Below are positions 58,674 to 64,000 of a stretch of DNA of 64,000 nucleotides, piece by piece. The notes under the pieces were generated by a model that was not told where the DNA came from, made no database searches, and saw nothing but the letters and a program-made list of their open reading frames with translations. Where the stretch lies: contig NZ_JAVZIN010000005.1 of the NCBI RefSeq assembly GCF_038871235.1, positions 1 to 64,000 on the forward strand, in the 5' to 3' direction. A program made the translations under genes and the position numbers. Within the stretch, counting starts at the first letter, position 1, and the number at the start of each line of letters is the position of its first letter. The stretch is from Candidatus Hadarchaeum sp. (GTDB lineage Archaea > Hadarchaeota > Hadarchaeia > Hadarchaeales > Hadarchaeaceae).

Positions 58674-58704
58674 AATAATTCCATGTTCAAAAAAAGCATT
58701 AAAT

Positions 58705-59169
58705 TTATTCGCCTTCCAGTTCACCCAAATGAATTGTCTCCCAACTTACCTTGCCCGCCTCGATCACCTGTTTGAGTCTCCGCTGCAGCGGCGTGAGTTC
58801 GGCACTCTTACCGGTCTTAATGTCGACGAAAGTTACTCTTCTTGGTTCCCCCTCTTTATAGCCATCGAAAACCACATAGTCCACTGGGGAGCCCAGAAAT
58901 CTAGCATCGGCGGGCTCGTGCTTGAAAATGGGCAATAGCGGAGCGAGCTGCTCACCTATCTTTCCCTTAAGCGCCGCCCGGCTTCTCTCAAGAACCTCCT
59001 GCCTGATCCTCCACTCGAATTCCGACTTCCAGCGTTCAAATTGGACCGACAACCGCTCCCGCAGATAGAGAAAACAGAGAAGGATCCCTAAGAAAAAGCC
59101 CAAAATAAAGATTATTATCTCGATAATCCGCTCACCCCCTTCAATAACCCCGTATCTCTCAACTCTCAA
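58705..59169 (-). CDS. Holliday junction resolvase-like PD-(D/E)xK endonuclease with N-terminal TM helix
   Basis: SRA.L.GK..EQLAP, DARFLGSPVDYVVF.G, FVDIKTG. Confidence 0.85.
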   Translation of the reverse strand: MRVERYGVIEGGERIIEIIIFILGFFLGILLCFLYLRERLSVQFERWKSEFEWRIRQEVLERSRAALKGKIGEQLAPLLPIFKHEPADARFLGSPVDYVVFDGYKEGEPRRVTFVDIKTGKSAELTPLQRRLKQVIEAGKVSWETIHLGELEGE

Positions 59170-59246
59170 GAGCCTTTCCTCAGTTTACGACAGTTTATTA
59201 TAGAGGTGCTCAAATAGATTCTTGAACCGGAAAATTTGACGAGGCG

Positions 59247-59906
59247 ATGAAGGTGAAATTGATAATGCTAGGAGCACCGGGATCGGGCAAAGGCACTCAG
59301 ACCTCAAGGCTAAAATCGATGCTTAGCATCCCGGCCATCTCCACGGGTGATATCTTTAGGAATGAGATTAAAGAGGGGACGGAACTGGGGAAAAGAATTA
59401 AAAAATACCTAAACGACGGCCAGCTGGTTCCAGATGAAATCGTGATCGAGGTAATAAAAGAAAGGATCAATCAACCTGACTGTAAAAATGGCTTCATTCT
59501 TGACGGATTTCCCAGGACGCTGGAGCAGGCCAAGACCCTGGATAAAATCGTGAAAATAGATGCCTGCATCAACTTAGCGGTACCGAAGGAAATCATCGTG
59601 AAAAGGCTATCGGCGAGGAGAATCTGCCGGAACTGCGGGGAGGTCTACAACCTCTTGGTTCTGAAGCCAGAGGTGGACGAAATTTGTGATAAATGTGGCG
59701 GGCCTTTATTCCAAAGAGATGACGACAAAGAAGAGGTCATCGAGGAAAGGTTTAGGGTATATGAAAAACAGACCGAGCCTCTTTTGGAGTACTATAGAAA
59801 AAGGCTACCGATAATCACCGTCACCTGCAATTCCGTGGATGCGCCCCCGGAACTGATAACCAATCAAATCATTAATGGTCTGAAGAAGCTAAAATTGATA
59901 AGTTAG
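59247..59906 (+). CDS. adk: Adenylate kinase (bacterial-type, Zn lid)
   Basis: GAPGSGKGT, STGD.FR, LDGFPR, CxxC...CxxC lid, QR.DD. Confidence 0.95.
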   Translation: MKVKLIMLGAPGSGKGTQTSRLKSMLSIPAISTGDIFRNEIKEGTELGKRIKKYLNDGQLVPDEIVIEVIKERINQPDCKNGFILDGFPRTLEQAKTLDKIVKIDACINLAVPKEIIVKRLSARRICRNCGEVYNLLVLKPEVDEICDKCGGPLFQRDDDKEEVIEERFRVYEKQTEPLLEYYRKRLPIITVTCNSVDAPPELITNQIINGLKKLKLIS

Positions 59907-60044
59907 AACCTGGCTGGATAAACCCGTTCCAAATTTCGATTCCTTCCCAATCTCTGATCAGTAAATTCCAAAGCGCACCTTCAACCGGCTTATTACGCAC
60001 GGCCGCGAATTAGCTTAAATAATTTACCAATACCGACACTGCTA

Positions 60045-60902
60045 TTATATCGACAGCAGAACCAACCCGACCAAAACAGCGCAGATGCCTATCTTCTGGT
60101 TAATCTCCACCATTTCTTTGAAAAATATCCTCGCCAGAAGGATGGTGACGACAGGGAAAGTGGCCGCGACTGGAGCCACGATCGCGGTGAACTCTGAAGC
60201 TACGCCCGCTCCATAAGCGGTGAAAGCCGTGGCCTCCAGAATTCCGACTACCACTACCATCGGGACGAAGCTTCTGGGGTAAGAGATGTCTCTATTTGCA
60301 AAACCTGAATACATCAGCAAGCTAAAGACGGTGACGGCCTTGACTAAGAGAACTGGTAAAAACCAACCGAGTTCGGCTACGAGAACATCAATGAAAATAT
60401 AGTGTACGCCCCAGGCCACCATCGATATCGCTGCAAATTGCGCCCCGGTGGCAAGATTTCTCAACCTGAGCTTTAGCAAGTCACGGAATTTAAATGAGGT
60501 CAAAAAAACTCCGGAAATGGTCAAAACAACTCCGATCGCCTGCGACCGTGAAAGGTTTTCGCCGAGAAAAGCTAGGCTCAAAATGACCGTGACCACAACC
60601 CAAGAGGCCGAAACTGGGCTGACTATGGAAACCTTACCAACCTGCAGTCCATGATAAAAAGCCAAACAGGCGACCACGTTAAGAAATCCCGCGAGCAAAA
60701 TGATTATCACCAAGTAAAATGATGGAACGGCAAGACCGACTAAAAAAGCCACGGCGATTAAAACGAGAAGGCCAACCGCTTGACCCCAGACAAGTGTTTT
60801 GAACACTCCGGCCCTTCTAATTGCTCTGGCGGCAAAGAAATCAGCTATCCCCCAAGAAAGCATCGCAACCAGCCCAAACAGCACTCCTGACGAGATATTC
60901 AT
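60045..60902 (-). CDS. DMT/EamA family transporter
   Basis: About 10 TM helices, two EamA repeats. Confidence 0.85.
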   Translation of the reverse strand: MNISSGVLFGLVAMLSWGIADFFAARAIRRAGVFKTLVWGQAVGLLVLIAVAFLVGLAVPSFYLVIIILLAGFLNVVACLAFYHGLQVGKVSIVSPVSASWVVVTVILSLAFLGENLSRSQAIGVVLTISGVFLTSFKFRDLLKLRLRNLATGAQFAAISMVAWGVHYIFIDVLVAELGWFLPVLLVKAVTVFSLLMYSGFANRDISYPRSFVPMVVVVGILEATAFTAYGAGVASEFTAIVAPVAATFPVVTILLARIFFKEMVEINQKIGICAVLVGLVLLSI

Positions 60903-61006
60903 CGAATCCCCTAAATCCCAATCCGCGTTTTCTCCAAAATAAGTGGCGGCGCACCGATATCATGTGGATCAAGTCTTTTACAAACCGAGGTTCAATTATC
61001 GACTGG

Positions 61007-62918
61007 ATGTCGAGAGTGGAGCTGGTTCTGCCCGCTGGAGATGAGCTGTGCTTAAGGGCCGCAGTAAAAAATGGAGCCGACGCCATCTACCTCGGCCTAA
61101 GTAGATTCAACGCTAGGATGTTGGCCGAAAATTTTAACGAAAAAACAATCTTCAGTGCGGTAGACTACTGCCACGAGAGGGAGGTTAAAGTCTACGTGGC
61201 CTTTTAACACCTTGGTCAAAAATGAGGAGCTGGAGGACTATTTCAAGCTAATAAACGTGGCCTATTCAGCGGAGGCGGATGCCATCATTATTCAAGACCC
61301 CTGTTTTGTCCCTTTGCTCAGGCAAAACTTTCCCGATTTGGGCATTCATCTGTCCACCCAGGCGACAACGGTCAACAGCTACTCCATACCTAAAGATATC
61401 GACCGAGTCATTCTCGCCAGGGAGCTGAGTTATGATGAGATAAAAGCAATATCTCAGAAATTCCCCACTGAGGTCTTTGTCCATGGGGCGCTTTGCTTCA
61501 GCTACAGTGGACAGTGTCTATTTTCCTCGCTTGCGGGCGGCAGAAGCGGCAACAGGGGGATGTGCGCCCAGCCCTGCCGAAAGAAATACAACAACAGATA
61601 TCCGCTGAGCACCATGGATCTCTGCCTTCTGCCAAAGCTTCCTGAGATCATCGAGGCCGGCGTTACTTCCATGAAGGTAGAAGGAAGGCTGAGGGGCCCT
61701 CTCTACGTGGGCACCGTGGCACGAATCTATCGTAAGTACATCGACGCCTACTATCAGGGAAAGTTCAACATCGAGAGAAAAGATATCGAAGACCTCATGG
61801 TGGTCTTTAACAGAGGATTCACCACGGGCTTTGCCTTTAACGATAACGTTGTGGACCCAAAGAGGCCGATGAATCGGGGGTTGTTCCTAGGCACTCTCAA
61901 AGGCGGCAAATTGAAGCTCAGGGCTGACCTGAAAATCGGTGATGGTGTGGCTATCTGGATTAACGGTGACATTATTGGCTACAAAGTAAACAAGATCTTA
62001 AAGGACGGCACCGAGGTCAGCCAAGCTTTCACCGGCGATGAGGTCGAGATTGATATCAAGGGAGCAAAAGACGGATCTCCGGTCTACAAAACCTCGTCAG
62101 TTGACATCAAGCTTGAACTGGGTGAGGAAATATGGCCTGTGGAGCCCAGACTCAGGCCGAGAAAAATCACCTTACCTAAGTTTAAGGCCGTTGAAAACGA
62201 TTCAAGGATTATGATCTTTGTCAAAGCACACGATAAGGAAATGGTCCTAGCCGCCGAAAGGGCCGGAGCTGATGTGGTTTACTACGATGTCCTCAAGGAG
62301 GATTGCAAGCAAGTTAAAAACTTGATGAGGAAATCCCGTTTCTTTGTTTACACGCCACGAATCCTCTCCGACAAGCAAGTGACCGAGATAGCTGAAAAAA
62401 TAAGCCAAATAGAGCCCGCCGGCGTGCTGGTAGGTAACCGTGGTCTGTTAAAATTTTTAAGTGGGTTTGACCTGCACTTAGATTATTCCTTCAACTGTTT
62501 CAACGATGTCGATCTTCAATGTTACCCAGGCGTCCCCATCATCTCCCCCGAGCTTAACTTTAAAGAGACGATCTCCCTGAAAAATAAGCGTTTCATCGTG
62601 ATGATACATGGAGACATAATCCTGATGAGCAGCAAACAAAAATTAGGGGTTAAGGAACTCGTCGACGAACAAGGCAGGCGCTTCAGGGTTAGAATCAATC
62701 ACGGCATCACTGAGATTCTCAACTGGAAACAGCTGGGGCTCTTCAACAAGGCTCGAGATTACGTTCGGGCCGGCATAAAATACTTCTACATCGATGTTGA
62801 AAAAGAAGTGGACAAATTCATCCGCATCTACCGAAAGATACTGAACTTTGAACCATTTGACGATCACAACATTAAGAAAGGTTACACGACGGGACACTTT
62901 AGCCGAGGAGTACTTTAA
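61007..62918 (+). CDS. Peptidase U32 family (RlhA/TrhP-like RNA hydroxylation) protein, split by a +1 frameshift at 61202-61207
   Basis: ELVLPAG...GADAIYLG...FNAR in frame 1; HLSTQ, LAREL, EVFVHGALCFSYSGQC, NRG.CAQPCR, KVEGR in the +1 frame. Confidence 0.85.
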
Positions 62919-62928
62919 CACCGATAGG

Positions 62929-63285
62929 TTATCTCGGTCTTAATTTCATGGCGCGGCGAAGGTAAACCATTGAAGAAACGATTAAGACGATCCCAACTCC
63001 GACAAATATCACCCTATCCATCAAAGCCAGAGCCCTGGAGACTGACTGCCAAAGCAATCCCGCGCCCAACGTTGCCAGAATGGGCAGATAGGTTACGATG
63101 GAGTTGCCTCCGAACCTCTTTTCCAAGCAGTCTCCTATCAGCGGTAGATAGGAAATGGTGAGGACTACGCCAACGACAAGCATGACCAAGTCTGTCATGA
63201 ACGAAACGGTGTAAAGCTTGGATCCCTCCAGCATCAAAAAGATTCCGACCACAAGAATAACAATAGCTATCCAAGGCCTCCTCAC
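62929..63285 (-). CDS. Hypothetical 4-TM membrane protein
   Basis: Four hydrophobic segments. Confidence 0.6.
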   Translation of the reverse strand: MRRPWIAIVILVVGIFLMLEGSKLYTVSFMTDLVMLVVGVVLTISYLPLIGDCLEKRFGGNSIVTYLPILATLGAGLLWQSVSRALALMDRVIFVGVGIVLIVSSMVYLRRAMKLRPR

Positions 63286-63358
63286 TCGGGCACCACAATT
63301 GACTCTGAATCTATCTATTTAAAGTTGCAATCGAATCCTCCTGATTGGTCGTGCCAAG

Positions 63359-64000
63359 ATGAGGGTTGCCGTGCTCTTTACCGGTGGAAAGGACTCAACT
63401 TATGCCACTTATCTCTCCCTTAAGAAAGGCTTTGAGGTGAAGTATCTCATCACCATGGCATCCAAAAACCCATTCTCTTGGATGTTTCATTCCGTAAACA
63501 TCAACGCCACCAAGCTCCAAGCCGAGGCGGTGGGGATCAAACAGATTATGAGACAAACGCTGGGTAAAAAAGAATACGAGCTGGAGGATCTTAAAGGAGC
63601 CATCGAGGAAGTAAAGGGAGAGATAGACGGAATCATCAGCGGCAGCATCTCCAGCTCCTACCAGAAGAACCGAGTTGACCTGATCGCTAAAGAGCTGGGC
63701 TTGGTCTCCCTATCTCCACTTTGGGGTCTAGATCCGGTTGAGCTCCTTCGCGACATGATAAAGGTGGGCTTTGACATCATCATTACTAGTGTGGCCGCCC
63801 AAGGATTTGGCCCAAGCTGGCTGGGAAGGAGAATCGACGAAAAAGCTGTCGAGGAACTGGAAAAGCTGTGCCAAAAGTACGGGATAAACCCAAGTGGTGA
63901 AGGAGGAGAATATGAGAGCTTCGTTTTAGATGCACCCATATTCAGAAAAAGGATCGAAATCATCGACGCGGAAAGGATCTGGAGCGGGACCAACGGGTAT
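63359..64000 (+). CDS. Diphthine--ammonia ligase (Dph6) family ATP pyrophosphatase, runs off window end
   Basis: Manual translation MRVAVLFTGGKDSTYA...SWMFH...S.YQ..R...PLWG...GEGGEYESFV.DAP.F. Confidence 0.9.
   Translation, partial: MRVAVLFTGGKDSTYATYLSLKKGFEVKYLITMASKNPFSWMFHSVNINATKLQAEAVGIKQIMRQTLGKKEYELEDLKGAIEEVKGEIDGIISGSISSSYQKNRVDLIAKELGLVSLSPLWGLDPVELLRDMIKVGFDIIITSVAAQGFGPSWLGRRIDEKAVEELEKLCQKYGINPSGEGGEYESFVLDAPIFRKRIEIIDAERIWSGTNGY

Noticed and set aside
1-64000. CRISPR arrays, tRNA/rRNA genes, transposases, integrases and selenocysteine read-through
   Set aside because: None were recognisable by eye. The many short antisense ORFs in the track overlap well-supported genes and were ignored.

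Overview
A gene-dense archaeal chromosomal segment. Archaeal markers include aIF-2beta, Cgi121, RPA32, GHMP-type shikimate kinase, a histone, S24e/S27ae, a proteasome beta subunit and Dph6; the lineage cannot be fixed from this window alone. It carries Fe-S/sulfur-relay, Moco (two clusters), chorismate, nitrogen-assimilation (GltB-like, GDH, GS), nucleobase-catabolism and type IV/Tad-like pilus genes, plus a eukaryote-like type IB topoisomerase. The standout observation is two non-coding elements 17 kb apart (3906-4139 and 21010-21209). Each has its own BRE/TATA-like promoter, and both fold into the same multi-helix architecture with compensatory base changes and identical junction nucleotides. 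They look like two paralogs of a large structured RNA family that I cannot match to RNase P, SRP, tRNA/rRNA, introns or known riboswitches. Other items: an unannotated 47-aa TRASH/YHS-like protein ending the tusA-dsrE-iscS-iscU operon, a U32-family gene interrupted by a UUU-UAA +1 'shifty stop', an acetate-CoA ligase alpha paralog lacking its catalytic His loop, and several other degenerate or variant proteins. All assignments come from motif recognition by eye; no searches were run.
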